A DNA stretch of 64,000 nt from NCBI GenBank assembly GCA_902530985.1, contig CACACI010000001.1, positions 3,979 through 67,978 on the forward strand, in the 5' to 3' direction. Shown piece by piece: positions 1-11,944 of the stretch; position 1 is the first letter of the stretch, and each line of letters opens with the position of its first letter. The position numbers were made by a program, and so were the translations under genes. The notes below the pieces were generated by a model that worked only from the letters and a program-made list of their open reading frames with translations, did not search any database and had not been told where the DNA came from. The DNA is from an uncultured Alphaproteobacteria bacterium (GTDB lineage Bacteria; Pseudomonadota; Alphaproteobacteria; Methylaequorales; Methylaequoraceae).

Positions 1-1
1 A

Positions 2-145
2 ATTAGAGCATCTGGTCATATTCTACCAGATCAATACGTTTTTCTCCTAAGATGTGGTTTTGATACTGTGGAAATTAAAAAAGAAGATAAAGAAATTTGG
101 ATTGAGCTACTTAACTTAGATAACGGATTATATTATCAACCATAA
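2..145 (+). CDS. C-terminal fragment (48 codons) of a gene starting upstream of the window, ...YVFLLRCGFDTVEIKKEDKEIWIELLNLDNGLYYQP*. Function unknown.
   Basis: Open frame from position 2 to TAA at 143-145. Not in the ORF track because it is truncated by the window edge. Confidence 0.3.
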   Translation: MRASGHILPDQYVFLLRCGFDTVEIKKEDKEIWIELLNLDNGLYYQP

Positions 146-152
146 AAAAAAA

Positions 153-181
153 CCCAGTGACGAATAAACACACTGGGTTTT
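153..181. terminator. Rho-independent terminator hairpin (CCCAGTG-N11-CACTGGG) with an A-run on one side and a T-run on the other. It lies downstream of groEL (minus strand) and of the upstream plus-strand fragment, so it may act in both directions.
   Basis: 7-bp GC-rich inverted repeat at 153-159 and 171-177, preceded by A9 and followed by TTTT. Confidence 0.5.
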
Positions 182-222
182 CAAAGACAATATTTAAGAA
201 TTTACAAAGAGCGTTTTAGGAT

Positions 223-1917
<1,695 letters not shown>

Positions 1918-2205
1918 TTATTCTAAAATTCCCATAATGTCTGACTCCTTCATTATAAGAAGATCTTGACCATCAAGTTTTACTTCTGTTCCAGACCATT
2001 TTCCAAACAAAATCTTGTCACCTGACTTAACGTTCATGGGTTTCATTTTTCCGTCTTCAGTAATTTCTCCAGGCCCAACTGCTAGGACTTCACCTTCACT
2101 TGGTTTCTCTTTAGCTGTATCAGGAATAATTATTCCACCAGCAGACTTTTCATCGGTATCTATGCGTTTAACGACCACTCTGTCGTGTAATGGTTTAAAT
2201 TTCAT
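1918..2205 (-). CDS. groS: Co-chaperonin GroES (Cpn10)
   Basis: 95 aa. [14 protein letters not shown]...[11 protein letters not shown] matches the GroES family, and it lies immediately upstream of groEL. Confidence 0.95.
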   Translation of the reverse strand: MKFKPLHDRVVVKRIDTDEKSAGGIIIPDTAKEKPSEGEVLAVGPGEITEDGKMKPMNVKSGDKILFGKWSGTEVKLDGQDLLIMKESDIMGILE

Positions 2206-2247
2206 AAAGAATCTCCTTTGTTAGACAATTCGCTAGGGAGAGTCTTG

Positions 2248-2274
2248 TTAGCACTCTTCCTACATGAGTGCTAA
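2248..2274. promoter_or_regulatory. CIRCE operator (HrcA binding site) upstream of groES-groEL
   Basis: Perfect match to TTAGCACTC-N9-GAGTGCTAA (ttagcactc ttcctacat gagtgctaa), about 45 nt upstream of the groES start. Confidence 0.85.
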
Positions 2275-2307
2275 AATAATAATTTTTATGAAGTTGTCAA
2301 GTAGTTT

Positions 2308-4167
2308 CTAAAAACTAAATTCTTTAATGATATATTTCTCTAATTTAATTACACTTTCTTCGACTTTTTCAATTGTGGTATCGACAATAATGTTTGGTTT
2401 TTCTGGTTCCTCATAGGGAGAGGATATACCTGTAAAACTCTCTATCTCCCCCCTAAGAGCTTTTGCATATAGACCTTTCACATCCCTTTTAGCGCAAATA
2501 TCAACTGAAGCTTTAACATATATTTCACGAAATAATTCAGGTCTAATATCACGAGCTTTTTTTCTTTCACTTCTGTAGGGCGATATCAGTGATACTAAGA
2601 CTAAAAAACCTGCTTGTGTGAAAAGCCTTGCTACCTCGGCAGTTCTTCTTATATTTTCAGTTCTATCTTCAGGTGTAAAGTCTAAGTTTTTATTCAAACC
2701 TATTCTTAGATTGTCTCCATCAAGATTAAATACATTGAAATTCCTTTTAAATAATCTCTTTTCTACATTTTTTGCAATCGTACTTTTTCCAGCACCAGAT
2801 AATCCTGTTAGCCAAATTATTCCTGGTCTGTGATTAAATTTGATTGATCTATCAATCTCCGTAATGGAGTAACTTTCTGGAGTAATATTATTTTTTGATA
2901 TATATTTTTTTTCCCTCTGATCAGGATAATTTTTTAAATTTATAATTCCACCAGCAACAATCTCTTCACTGTCAAGAAGACAAAACCTTGCTGTAGACTT
3001 GTTAAAAGAATAGTCATCCATAGGAATAAACTGCGAAGAATGAATTACAAGTTCACATATATCGTTCTTTAAGACATTTGTATTTTTTTTTCTATCCAGA
3101 CTTTCCGTATTAATAACATTTTTAATTTTGTTTATGTTAACTTCATATTCCCCAGTATTAATCTTCATAAAATATTTTTTGTCAAAAGAAATTTTTTTAT
3201 CACTAATCCAGAAAACATTTGATTCAAATCTATTCATCAATTTTGGAGGGCTCTCTGTATCAGAGGCAAGATTACCCCTATCGACAAATATTTGATCATT
3301 AAGTGTAATGCCAATACAGTCCCCGGGACCATAGATTTTTTTTGCTTTTGGCCAGGCTTCTAATGAATTCACTTTAACTTTTTCATTAGAAGGTAAAAAT
3401 ATCAACTCTGTTCCATTTGAGATTTTTCCATTTTCAATCCTGCCTACAATCACTCTTTTATCCCCAATTTTATATATGTCTTGTATTGGAAATCTGATGA
3501 AATGTGAAATTTCATTGTCTGAAATATTATACTTGTCTAAGACTTCAACAAATACTTGCCCTTTGAACCATGGCATTTTTGTACTTCTTTTTACTAAATT
3601 GTCTCCAAATTTGGATGATATAGGAATTGAAGAATTAAATTTAATATTAATACTAGACAAAAATTTCTCTAATTCAAATTTTACTCTTAGAAATTTTTTC
3701 TCGGCATAATCAATCTTATCCATTTTATTAAATAGTATTATTACTTTTTCAACACCTAATAATTTGAGTAAATAGGCATGTTTTTTTGTTTGTTGTTTTA
3801 TCCCCTCATGCACATCAACGATAAGAATAGCAATATCTGCTGACGATGCACCAGTGATCATATTCTTTATAAATTCTTTATGTCCAGGAGCATCAATAAA
3901 GACGTATTTTCTTTTTTTTGTTTTGAAAAAGATTCTCGTTGTATCAATTGTAATTCCTTGATCTCTCTCATCTTGAAGAGCATCGAGTAAAAAAGCAAAC
4001 TCAAAATCAATACTTCTTGTCTTACTAGCTTTTTTTAATTCTGCAAATTTTTCATCAGGTATCTCGCCAATATCATATAAAAATCTTCCAATAAAAGACG
4101 ATTTTCCATGGTCGACATGCCCAACCACCACTACTTTTGGGACCTCACTATCAATATTTAATTTCAT
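2308..4167 (-). CDS. cysNC: Bifunctional sulfate adenylyltransferase subunit 1 and adenylylsulfate kinase (CysN/CysC fusion, NodQ-like)
   Basis: N-terminal EF-Tu-like GTPase (GHVDHGKSS, DAPGH, NKMD). C-terminal APS kinase P-loop (WLTGLSGAGKST). 619 aa. Confidence 0.9.
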   Translation of the reverse strand: MKLNIDSEVPKVVVVGHVDHGKSSFIGRFLYDIGEIPDEKFAELKKASKTRSIDFEFAFLLDALQDERDQGITIDTTRIFFKTKKRKYVFIDAPGHKEFIKNMITGASSADIAILIVDVHEGIKQQTKKHAYLLKLLGVEKVIILFNKMDKIDYAEKKFLRVKFELEKFLSSINIKFNSSIPISSKFGDNLVKRSTKMPWFKGQVFVEVLDKYNISDNEISHFIRFPIQDIYKIGDKRVIVGRIENGKISNGTELIFLPSNEKVKVNSLEAWPKAKKIYGPGDCIGITLNDQIFVDRGNLASDTESPPKLMNRFESNVFWISDKKISFDKKYFMKINTGEYEVNINKIKNVINTESLDRKKNTNVLKNDICELVIHSSQFIPMDDYSFNKSTARFCLLDSEEIVAGGIINLKNYPDQREKKYISKNNITPESYSITEIDRSIKFNHRPGIIWLTGLSGAGKSTIAKNVEKRLFKRNFNVFNLDGDNLRIGLNKNLDFTPEDRTENIRRTAEVARLFTQAGFLVLVSLISPYRSERKKARDIRPELFREIYVKASVDICAKRDVKGLYAKALRGEIESFTGISSPYEEPEKPNIIVDTTIEKVEESVIKLEKYIIKEFSF

Positions 4168-4168
4168 T

Positions 4169-4996
4169 TTACATATACCCTTTTGATCTCAATCTCTCAA
4201 AAACATTTTCTTCCTCATGATCCATTGCTCTTCCTGAACGCTCTGAAGTATTACTATTCTGTAATTCTAAAATTATTTGATCAATTGTTTTAGCACTACT
4301 TTTTACAGGTAAAGTTATATCTCTATCTCCAAGCGATCTATATCTTTTACCTTTCTTTGAAAAATATAAATCAACAACAGGTATTTTTTCATATCTTATA
4401 TATTCCCAGATATCTAATTCCGTCCAACCCAATAAAGGGTGAATGCGTACATGTACTGATTCTGGATAATTAAAGTTAGATTGGTCCCAAAATTCTGGTG
4501 GTTGATTTTTTATATTCCATACACCTGAGTCATCCCTTGGACTAAATACTCTCTCTTTTGCCCTTGTTCCTTGTTCATCTCTTCTAATTCCTGCAATAAT
4601 ACCTTTAAATTTTTCTTTTTTTATTATTTCTTTCAGACCTTCTGTTTTTCTTGCAGCAGATCTTGCTGCAGGTGGTAATGAAGGATCAATATCCTCTAAT
4701 GGAGGACAAGATCCTTTTATAAAATTTACTTCCCATTCTTTTACATATTTATCCCTGAATTCATACATTTCTTTAAACTTTTTTCCGGTATCCACATGAA
4801 CTAGTGGGAATGGAATTTTTCCTAAAAAAGCCTTGAAAGCAAGCCAAACCATAACGTTTGAGTCTTTACCAAGTGACCATAATAATGCTATTTTAGGTAT
4901 TGATCTATAAGCTTGTCTGAAAATATAAATACTCTCATTTTCCAACTTTCTTAAATTTTTTTGCATTCTACTCCTTTTTATTATAGTGGATACCAC
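4169..4996 (-). CDS. cysD: Sulfate adenylyltransferase subunit 2
   Basis: 275 aa of the PAPS reductase/ATP sulfurylase small-subunit family. Sits directly upstream of cysNC in the same operon. Confidence 0.88.
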   Translation of the reverse strand: MVSTIIKRSRMQKNLRKLENESIYIFRQAYRSIPKIALLWSLGKDSNVMVWLAFKAFLGKIPFPLVHVDTGKKFKEMYEFRDKYVKEWEVNFIKGSCPPLEDIDPSLPPAARSAARKTEGLKEIIKKEKFKGIIAGIRRDEQGTRAKERVFSPRDDSGVWNIKNQPPEFWDQSNFNYPESVHVRIHPLLGWTELDIWEYIRYEKIPVVDLYFSKKGKRYRSLGDRDITLPVKSSAKTIDQIILELQNSNTSERSGRAMDHEEENVFERLRSKGYM

Positions 4997-5666
4997 ATTC
5001 CGTTTTAGTTTTATTTGACCACCTACCAGACCTTGGGTTACTAGAATCTATTGATTTTTCTGTACAATTTATGCAACCTATCGATAAATAGCCTTGTTCA
5101 AATAAAGGATGTCTATTTATTTTGTTTTTTTCAAAATATGTATTAACAAAAGTTTTATCTATACTGGCCAAAGGATTTATAACTATCCTATCATTCAAAC
5201 TTTCAAAAACTCTTAAATCTTTCCTATCCCCCAAATGAAATGCTTTCCTTCCTGAAATCCAGGCCTTATACTTTTTTAATTCTTTCTGCAATGGCTTAAC
5301 TTTTCTAATATTGCAACAAGAATCTGGATTGCTTTTCCATAAAATATTATTTTTATCATGCAAATCTAAATCTCTTGGATCTGGAAAAACTTCCTTTAGA
5401 TTTTTAAGATTTAATTTCTTAAGTAAATAGTTCTTATAATGAATTGTTTCTTCAAAGAGAAAGTTTGTATTTAACAAAATAATTGGAAAATTCTTCTCTA
5501 TCTTAGAAATCATGTGAAGGATTATGGCTGACTCAGTCCCAAAAGAACAAACATAAACAATGTTATCTTTAAAGTTAACTTGAATGGATTTTCTCAGAAT
5601 ATCTAAAGGTGTCATACCTTTAGTGATTTTATTCAGAAAACCTATGATGTTCGAATCATTTTTCAT
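4968..5666 (-). CDS. cysH: Assimilatory APS/PAPS reductase (thioredoxin-dependent). The Cys cluster suggests an Fe-S, APS-type enzyme.
   Basis: 232 aa. C-terminal KTECGIH motif, plus a CC...CxxC arrangement (DSCCNIRK ... IGCINCT) typical of [4Fe-4S] APS reductases. Overlaps cysD. Confidence 0.82.
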   Translation of the reverse strand: MKNDSNIIGFLNKITKGMTPLDILRKSIQVNFKDNIVYVCSFGTESAIILHMISKIEKNFPIILLNTNFLFEETIHYKNYLLKKLNLKNLKEVFPDPRDLDLHDKNNILWKSNPDSCCNIRKVKPLQKELKKYKAWISGRKAFHLGDRKDLRVFESLNDRIVINPLASIDKTFVNTYFEKNKINRHPLFEQGYLSIGCINCTEKSIDSSNPRSGRWSNKTKTECGIHYNKKE

Positions 5667-5777
5667 AGTATTTATTAATTATAATATTATTAATTTGTCA
5701 ATAAGATATGTAAATTAAATTATAGTACACAATATTTATGTATTTTAATTTTAAAATTAAGAATTATTAATTATTAT

Positions 5778-6851
5778 ATGGTTAAAAACATTAGGCAAAA
5801 AAAACTTTTTTGGCTTGGGGTCAACTTATGGATGGTTTTTTCTATGGTGCTAATTGGGGGCATAACGAGATTAACAGATTCTGGGCTTTCAATTACAAAC
5901 TGGAACCTAATCCATGGAATAATTCCTCCACTAAATCAAACAGATTGGATCAATCTTTTTAGTTTGTACAAGCAATATCCCGAATATAATATTAAAAACC
6001 CAACCATGACATTGATAGAGTTTAAAGAAATCTTTTTCTGGGAATATCTTCACAGAATATGGGGTAGGCTCATCGGAATAACATTTTTCATACCTTTGAT
6101 TTACATATGGGTAAAAGGTGGTTTCATAAAAAATGAAAAAAAACTTATCCTTTTACTATCAACTCTTGGTTTTTTTCAAGCTTTTATGGGTTGGTATATG
6201 GTAAAAAGTGGTTTAATTGACAGACCAGATGTTAGTCACTTTAGGCTCTCAGCACACCTTTTAATAGCCTTTCTAATTTATTCGTTATTATTGTATTTTT
6301 TTTGTAAAGTCTTTTCTGAACATAAAGTTAGATATATGAATGAAGTTTCCAATTTAATAACTCATAGAAAAAATTTTTTTGCATCACTTTTTTTATTACT
6401 TTCGACAATATCTGCGGGTGCACTTGTTTCTGGAACAGATGCAGGGCTAGCTTACAATACCTTTCCCTATATGGGCGATAGTTTATTACCTCCTATATTA
6501 GTGGATGAAGGAAAGGTTTATTTAGAAAAACTTCTAAACGATCAAGGTTTCTTGCAGTTTGTTCATAGAGTCTTAGCAACATTTACAGTATTATTCATAT
6601 TACACACTATTTTTAAAGCCAGCAAGGATGGTTTATTTGATAATTTTAAAATAATGTTTAAGTTGCTTCTCAGTGCAATTTTACTTCAATACATTCTTGG
6701 AATAGTGATTTTAAAACTTTATGTTCCAATTTATCTTGGGTTAATGCATCAACTAGGAGGGCTTATATTACTAACTCTAATTATAATCTCCATCAGTGAA
6801 ATACAGAGAGGTATTGAGGGAGCGAGAATCACTCGCTCCGCCAAAACCTAG
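5778..6851 (+). CDS. ctaA: Heme A synthase (CtaA/COX15 family)
   Basis: 357 aa polytopic membrane protein with a conserved N-terminal GGITRLTDSGLSI motif and size typical of alphaproteobacterial type-2 CtaA. Confidence 0.75.
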   Translation: MVKNIRQKKLFWLGVNLWMVFSMVLIGGITRLTDSGLSITNWNLIHGIIPPLNQTDWINLFSLYKQYPEYNIKNPTMTLIEFKEIFFWEYLHRIWGRLIGITFFIPLIYIWVKGGFIKNEKKLILLLSTLGFFQAFMGWYMVKSGLIDRPDVSHFRLSAHLLIAFLIYSLLLYFFCKVFSEHKVRYMNEVSNLITHRKNFFASLFLLLSTISAGALVSGTDAGLAYNTFPYMGDSLLPPILVDEGKVYLEKLLNDQGFLQFVHRVLATFTVLFILHTIFKASKDGLFDNFKIMFKLLLSAILLQYILGIVILKLYVPIYLGLMHQLGGLILLTLIIISISEIQRGIEGARITRSAKT

Positions 6852-6872
6852 GATTAAAAAAAATTAAAATTG

Positions 6873-7679
6873 TTAAAAGCTAGCCGAAACATAACCCACA
6901 ACATGATCGCCACCAAGAGTCGTATCTGCATCTACTCCAGTACCGGCATAATCAGATGTAGTTGTATATTGAACACCCCAATCTAAACCAAAAGCTGAAG
7001 TTGATACACCAACTAAATAATCAGTAAAGCCATATCCAGTTACCGAGTCATCACCATCAGAATCTGTGAAACCCACTCCACCATATAAAGTAAATGGAGT
7101 TGATGGAACTGGAATTTCTGCTGAAATATTATGGTAGGTATAATCATAATTTTGAGCAAAACCTGTTGGTGAGTATCCAAAATAATATGAAATGCCTAGG
7201 TCTGCTGGCAAACCAGCGATACCTAATGATCCATACCACTCAAGAAATTCTAAACCCTGCGTTCCAGACCCACCATCAGGACCATTTCCAGCATTGTGCT
7301 GAGATGAAGCACCAGGATAGTCGTAATACAACATACCTATATCATAAGATAAATAGTCTTCAACTAAAGGTATGGCTCCAGTGAACCCTCCATAATAATC
7401 AAGCTCCATTCCAAAACCATTAGTATTTAAATTAGCAGCCCATGTACCAACATATGCATCAATATATGTTTCAAGTAAGTTTACTGAATAGTCAAACCCA
7501 CCTTGAATTGCCAATCCTCCAGTTTGCTCCTCACCTCTCCAGATGTAATTTGTATAATAACTAACATTAGCAGATAACTCTCCAACTGGGGGTTTTTCAG
7601 GAAATTCGAAAGAATTTACTGGGTTTGCTATCACAAATGGAAGAGATAACGCACCAGCTAAGATAATTTTTTTTAACAC
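6873..7679 (-). CDS. Predicted outer-membrane beta-barrel protein, Tyr/Gly/Thr/Asp-rich
   Basis: Signal peptide (MLKKIILAGALSLPFVIA), alternating aromatic/Gly-rich segments and a C-terminal Phe. No catalytic motifs. Assigned by composition only. Confidence 0.45.
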   Translation of the reverse strand: MLKKIILAGALSLPFVIANPVNSFEFPEKPPVGELSANVSYYTNYIWRGEEQTGGLAIQGGFDYSVNLLETYIDAYVGTWAANLNTNGFGMELDYYGGFTGAIPLVEDYLSYDIGMLYYDYPGASSQHNAGNGPDGGSGTQGLEFLEWYGSLGIAGLPADLGISYYFGYSPTGFAQNYDYTYHNISAEIPVPSTPFTLYGGVGFTDSDGDDSVTGYGFTDYLVGVSTSAFGLDWGVQYTTTSDYAGTGVDADTTLGGDHVVGYVSASF

Positions 7680-7919
7680 AACAAGTCCTTTCCTATAACA
7701 AAAGCCTAGTTCTATAATTTATTGTATATATTTTAGGCATTTTAATTAATTGTTTAAAATTTAATCATATATATTAACCTAATATATAATAATCATATAA
7801 TCAAGGTCTTTCGACAAAAAAATACTAAATTCTATATTTTGTGTTGTTTTTTTGCAACTACTTCACCCCTAGATACATTGCAAAATATAAATTTTTTATT
7901 ATTCTGATAAACGCATATT

Positions 7920-9104
7920 ATGGAATATCTTATTTTACTATCTTATTGTTCACTTCTATCATGGACTTATTTAATGTTTTTTCATGGCAGAATAGAGTTA
8001 CTTAACGACAATTTTTTTTGGTCAAATAAAATTATTTTTGAGCACCAATTTAAATTTTCAAACAACTATATTCATAATGAAAAGGTATGTGTGATAATTC
8101 CAGCTCGCAATGAAGAAAAAACAATCATAAAAACCCTTGATTCTCTGGTAAATCAAAAATACAAAAACTTGGAAATAATAGTTATCGATGATAATAGTTC
8201 CGACAAGACTGCAGAAATAGTAACTCATTTTAAAAAAAGATTTAATAAAATTACATTGTTGCATGGCAAAAAACTTCCACCTAATTGGGTTGGAAAAACA
8301 TGGGCATTGAAACAGGGTGTCGATCTGGCTAATAAGAAAAAGTTTGCATATCTTATGTTTATAGATTCAGATATTGCTTTAAAAAAAAATCTAGTTAATA
8401 ACGTAATTTTTTTTTTAAAATCAAATAATTTGTTAATGATATCATTAATGGCTAAATTGAGTTGTAATTCAATTTGGGAAAAGATGTTAATACCTGCTTT
8501 TATTTTTTTTTTCCAAAAACTTTATCCATTTAATTTAGTAAAAAATAAAAATTCAAATGTTTCTGCTGCTGCTGGAGGCTTTATATTTTGCAAGGCATCT
8601 GTCTTCAGGCAGGAGAATTTATATAATAAAATAAAAGATAGAGTTATTGATGACTGTAATATGGCAGAACTACTTAAGCAAAAAGGTAAGATTTGGCTTG
8701 GATTAACAAATGAAGTTTTTAGCAAGAGAAGTTATAATAATTTAAGAAGTATCTGGAAAATGGTTTCAAGAACAGCTTTTGAACAGTTGAATTACTCATT
8801 TGCACTATTATTGATTTCATTAATTGGGCTTTCTTTAATATACTTATTTCCTATGACAAACCTAATATTCACTCCCTTCATCTACGAATCAAAAAAAACA
8901 ATTTTGCATTTATTTATCCCTAATTGTATTTCTACATTGCTAATGATGATAATATTTTCTCCTACTTTGAAATTCTATAATGTAAGCAGGATATATTTAC
9001 TTACTTTCCCTGTAGCAGCAATTCTTTATATTTGTATGACAGTATCATCAGCCATAAACCATTTCTTTTTTCAAGGTAATTCATGGAAAGGAAGAAAGTA
9101 TTAA
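7920..9104 (+). CDS. hpnB: Family-2 glycosyltransferase with a C-terminal membrane domain, a likely hopanoid-associated HpnB
   Basis: GT2 signature (VIIPARNEE...IIVIDDNSSD) and position immediately upstream of hpnC, as in hpnABC clusters. Confidence 0.6.
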   Translation: MEYLILLSYCSLLSWTYLMFFHGRIELLNDNFFWSNKIIFEHQFKFSNNYIHNEKVCVIIPARNEEKTIIKTLDSLVNQKYKNLEIIVIDDNSSDKTAEIVTHFKKRFNKITLLHGKKLPPNWVGKTWALKQGVDLANKKKFAYLMFIDSDIALKKNLVNNVIFFLKSNNLLMISLMAKLSCNSIWEKMLIPAFIFFFQKLYPFNLVKNKNSNVSAAAGGFIFCKASVFRQENLYNKIKDRVIDDCNMAELLKQKGKIWLGLTNEVFSKRSYNNLRSIWKMVSRTAFEQLNYSFALLLISLIGLSLIYLFPMTNLIFTPFIYESKKTILHLFIPNCISTLLMMIIFSPTLKFYNVSRIYLLTFPVAAILYICMTVSSAINHFFFQGNSWKGRKY

Positions 9105-9105
9105 G

Positions 9106-9966
9106 ACTATAAATCAAAAATATATTTCTCATTTATTATCTGGCAAAAGCTTTCAGGATGAAAACTTTCCTGTTGCTTCATTCGTTATTGACAAGAAAAT
9201 AAAAAATTCCATCAGAAATTTTTATTTTTTTGCACGAACAGCTGATGATATTGCAGATCATCAAGATCTAAATTCAAAAGAAAAACTAAAAATTTTAAAT
9301 TTCTTTGATAAATCTCTAAGAAAAGAGTCCAAATCCAATATAACTGCTTTAAAAAATCTTATAACAAATTTTGCAAGACTAAAGTTTACCAAAGATCACT
9401 CTAGAAGTCTTTTAGTGGCTTTTAAGTTGGATGCTAAAAAAAAGAGGTACGTGAATTGGAATGAATTAATTTTTTATTGCAAATATTCAGCTAATCCTGT
9501 AGGAAGATTTTTCATAGATTTAACATACTTTGAAAAAAAAAAAACATTAAAAAATAGAAAAAAAATATTGAAATGTTCAGATAATCTTTGTACTGCACTA
9601 CAGATCATAAATCACCTTCAAGATTGTAAAGAAGATTATGAGCGTCTTAATAGAGTTTATTTGCCGATCAATTACTTTAGAAAATATTCATTAGATGTAA
9701 GTGTTTTGAAAAGTAAACAATCATCAGATAAATTTAATAAATTAAAAAATGAAGTCGTTGTTAAAGTTGAGCAATTACTAAAAAATTCTGTTGAGGGATT
9801 AAAATTAATCGAAATTTGGGGACTAAGAAAAGAAACTTTAATAATTTTTAATATTGCCAAAAGATTATGTTTTCTGATAAAACACAATGACCCTTTGAAA
9901 AAAAAAATAAAATTATCACGTATTGATTTGATTTTTTGTTTTATAAAAGGAATAATATGTGATTAG
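9106..9966 (+). pseudogene. hpnC: hpnC (squalene synthase family, hydroxysqualene synthase). The conserved sequence is split across reading frames by at least two 1-nt indels.
   Basis: DENFPVAS reads in frame 1 (9157-9180). The catalytic FYFFARTADDIAD block reads in frame 3 (9181-9359). Frame 1 resumes at 9361 (ITNFARLKF...SANPVGRFF...), which is the intact 183-aa ORF 9415-9966. No ATG/GTG/TTG lies in frame upstream of DENFPVAS; the only nearby ATG (9083) is in yet another frame. Confidence 0.55.
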
Positions 9967-10001
9967 AATTTTTTTTTCTAAGCGAAAGAGTGTAAATTAA
10001 G

Positions 10002-11924
10002 ATGAAACGTCAAACAAATCTTCTTGATAAAGTTAAATATCCAAAAGATCTTAAGAACTTATCTGACAGTCAACTTAAAGTTCTATGCAAAGAACTAAGG
10101 GATGAAGTTGTAGATGCAGTATCTGTTACAGGAGGCCATCTAGGCGCAGGTCTTGGGGTAGTTGAGCTAACTTTAGCAATCCACAGCGTTTTTAATACAC
10201 CAAAAGATAAACTAATCTGGGATGTTGGGCATCAATGTTACCCACATAAGGTAATAACCGGTAGAAGAGAAAAAATAAGAACTATAAGACAACCTGGGGG
10301 ATTGTATGGATTTACAAAAAGGTCAGAGAGTGAATACGACCCCTTTGGAGCAGCTCATTCATCAACCTCTATATCAGCCGGACTTGGTATGGCAGTTGCC
10401 AGAGACTTAAAAAAAGAAGATCACAATGTAGTTTGTGTTATTGGAGATGGAGCAATTAGTGCAGGTATGGCATACGAAGCCATGAATAATGCTGGTTCTA
10501 TGAACGCCCGTCTAATCGTTATTTTAAATGATAATGATATGTCGATAGCACCCCCTGTTGGAGCAATGAGTGCATATCTCTCAAGACTTTTATCAACAAA
10601 AACATTCCAATCTGCGAGAACATTAGCAAAGCAAATGGCTAAGAAATTTCCAAAAAGCTTTCAAAACATGGCTGCTAAAGCCGATGAATATGTTAGAGGC
10701 ATGGTAACAGGAGGCACTTTATTTGAAGAGTTAGGTTTCTTTTATTTAGGCCCAATAGATGGCCACAACTTAGATCATCTTTTACCAGTATTGAGAAATT
10801 TAGAAAAATCTAAATGGGATGGTCCAGTATTTCTGCACGTTGTTACAAAAAAAGGCTACGGGTATGAACCTGCTGAAAAATCTGAAGACAAATATCATGG
10901 GGTTAGTAAATTTAATGTTGTAACAGGTGAACAGGTTAAATCCTCCTCAAAAAACCCAAGTTATACAAAAGTATTTGCTCAAGCATTAATTAAGCAAGCA
11001 AAAAAAGATAAATCAATTGTTGCAATTACTGCTGCAATGCCATCTGGAACTGGCTTAGATCTCTTCCAAAAAGCTCATCCATCTAGAACATTTGATGTTG
11101 GAATTGCAGAGCAGCACGCAGTTACATTTGCTGCAGGTCTAGCATCAAGAGGAATGAAACCTTACGCAGCAATCTATTCAACTTTTCTTCAAAGAGCCTA
11201 TGATCAGGTTGTTCATGACGTCGCCATACAGTCTCTTCCAGTTAGATTTGCAATTGACAGAGCAGGACAAGTTGGCGCTGACGGCGCAACCCATGCAGGT
11301 TCATTTGATTTGACTTATCTATGCACTCTCCCTAATTTTGTTGTTATGGCTCCAAGCGACGAAAATGAATTGTGCAATAGTATAGCAACATCAATAACTA
11401 TAAATGATAGACCATCTGCTTTCAGATATCCAAGAGGAGAAGGTCAGGGTGTAAAAATTAATGATCAACCAGAAATATGGAAAATTGGTAAAGGAAAAGT
11501 TATTAGAGAAGGAAGTAAAGTATGTATTATATCATTAGGCACTAGGTTAAAAGATTCTTTGCATGCATCAGAGATATTAGCATCTTATGGTCTACCAACT
11601 ACAGTTGTGGATGCAAGGTTTGCAAAACCAATTGATCAGCTTCTAATAACTCAACTTGCCAGAGATCATGAAGTGCTTCTTACTGTCGAAGAAGGTTCTG
11701 TGGGTGGTTTTTCTGCGCAAGTGATGTCTTTTTTATCTAAATCAGGTGCTCTTGATAAAGGTCTCAAATTCCGACCAATTTTCTTTCCTGATCAATTTAT
11801 AAAACATGGAAAACCAGAACAGCAGAATATCGAATGCGGAGTCGACGTTGATAGTATAATAAAAACTGCTCTGGGAGCATTGGGAATTGCTTACCCTAGA
11901 AAATTCTCTCTTGAAAGAGCTTAA
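10002..11924 (+). CDS. dxs: 1-deoxy-D-xylulose-5-phosphate synthase
   Basis: 640 aa with a TPP-binding motif ([18 protein letters not shown]) and a transketolase-like fold, conserved along its full length. Confidence 0.95.
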   Translation: MKRQTNLLDKVKYPKDLKNLSDSQLKVLCKELRDEVVDAVSVTGGHLGAGLGVVELTLAIHSVFNTPKDKLIWDVGHQCYPHKVITGRREKIRTIRQPGGLYGFTKRSESEYDPFGAAHSSTSISAGLGMAVARDLKKEDHNVVCVIGDGAISAGMAYEAMNNAGSMNARLIVILNDNDMSIAPPVGAMSAYLSRLLSTKTFQSARTLAKQMAKKFPKSFQNMAAKADEYVRGMVTGGTLFEELGFFYLGPIDGHNLDHLLPVLRNLEKSKWDGPVFLHVVTKKGYGYEPAEKSEDKYHGVSKFNVVTGEQVKSSSKNPSYTKVFAQALIKQAKKDKSIVAITAAMPSGTGLDLFQKAHPSRTFDVGIAEQHAVTFAAGLASRGMKPYAAIYSTFLQRAYDQVVHDVAIQSLPVRFAIDRAGQVGADGATHAGSFDLTYLCTLPNFVVMAPSDENELCNSIATSITINDRPSAFRYPRGEGQGVKINDQPEIWKIGKGKVIREGSKVCIISLGTRLKDSLHASEILASYGLPTTVVDARFAKPIDQLLITQLARDHEVLLTVEEGSVGGFSAQVMSFLSKSGALDKGLKFRPIFFPDQFIKHGKPEQQNIECGVDVDSIIKTALGALGIAYPRKFSLERA

Positions 11925-11944
11925 TTTCCTTCAAGTTTTAAAAA

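Noticed and set aside
7680-7919. AT-rich palindromic stretches (atatattaacctaatatataat) between the outer-membrane-protein gene and hpnB
   Set aside because: Short A/T palindromes are expected by chance at this base composition, and there is no second copy or phasing to support a binding site.
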